Positions 53,372 through 53,699 of a DNA stretch of 53,699 nt are shown piece by piece (within the stretch, counting starts at the first letter, position 1; the number at the start of each line of letters is the position of its first letter). The notes below the pieces were generated by a model. It saw nothing but the letters and a program-made list of their open reading frames with translations. It did no database searches and was not told the origin of the DNA. Source of the DNA: Chloroflexota bacterium (GTDB lineage: Bacteria > Chloroflexota > Dormibacteria > CF-121); assembly GCA_005881175.1 (NCBI GenBank), contig VBEN01000008.1, forward strand, positions 1-53,699, written 5' to 3'. The position numbers were made by a program, and so were the translations under genes.

Positions 53372-53698
53372 TTAACGACCTGAGTCCAAAGCGCGCGGTT
53401 TGGTGGCCTGATGGCTGGGAGATGGACGCCAGACGTACTCTCGGAACCGACAGTAGTCTTTGAACCCGAGAGCTCCGTAGAGGAGCGCGCCCGGTCCTGA
53501 GGCCGTGAGGCTCGCGATGGTATGGCCGGCCGACCTTGCGTTGGCAAGCGCGCGCTTTGTCAGCGCCGTCCCCACTCCCTGGCGCCGCGCCGCTGGGATC
53601 GTGCCGACCGAGTAGAGTCCGGCGGTGCTGCCCAGGTGCAGGGCGCAGGTTCCGACTGGCCGGTCGTCGATGCGAGCGAGATACAGGTGCCAGCCACT
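53372..53698 (-). CDS. GNAT acetyltransferase, 5' truncated by the window edge
   Basis: VGTIPAARRQGVG motif A and LYGALGF motif B. Confidence 0.85.
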   Translation of the reverse strand, partial: SGWHLYLARIDDRPVGTCALHLGSTAGLYSVGTIPAARRQGVGTALTKRALANARSAGHTIASLTASGPGALLYGALGFKDYCRFREYVWRPSPSHQATKPRALDSGR

Positions 53699-53699
53699 C

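Noticed and set aside
1-53699. CRISPR array, rRNA, transposase
   Set aside because: No regularly spaced repeats or recognisable motifs found

Overview
A high-GC bacterial chromosomal window, probably from a monoderm soil lineage (gene content suggests Ca. Dormibacterota or Chloroflexota/Actinomycetota-like; this is inference). The left part holds a patatin, thiO, a threonine synthase-like gene, a ccdA-TlpA fusion behind a SigR/RsrA-type sigma/anti-sigma pair, and a cobalamin-riboswitch-controlled ECF operon with two surface proteins. The middle holds DUF6909, orphan receivers, a lytic transglycosylase, a truncated globin, a BNR protein, a DsrE-family probable selenoprotein (in-frame UGA in a UxxC motif plus a SECIS-like hairpin), tRNA-Glu, a GH38 gene with an apparent CTG start, and two tandem Ig-DUF3048 genes. 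The most unusual region is about 31.3-47.6 kb. It has five paralogous HspR-like MerR regulators with an altered recognition helix and two matching orphan receiver-to-MerR cassettes with an identical 16-nt overlap. These are interleaved with otsA, ftsH, a class A PBP, two YtxH genes, CsbD, a C39 peptidase, a GH18 hydrolase and candidate C-rich small RNAs, forming a candidate undescribed dormancy/development regulatory locus. The right end holds gntK, tRNA-Gln, a frameshifted SMI1/KNR4 gene, a GC-mosaic rifampin phosphotransferase, a tRNA-Cys 3' remnant and a partial GNAT gene. No CRISPR array, rRNA, integrase or transposase was seen. All family calls come from motif recognition by eye, not from database searches.
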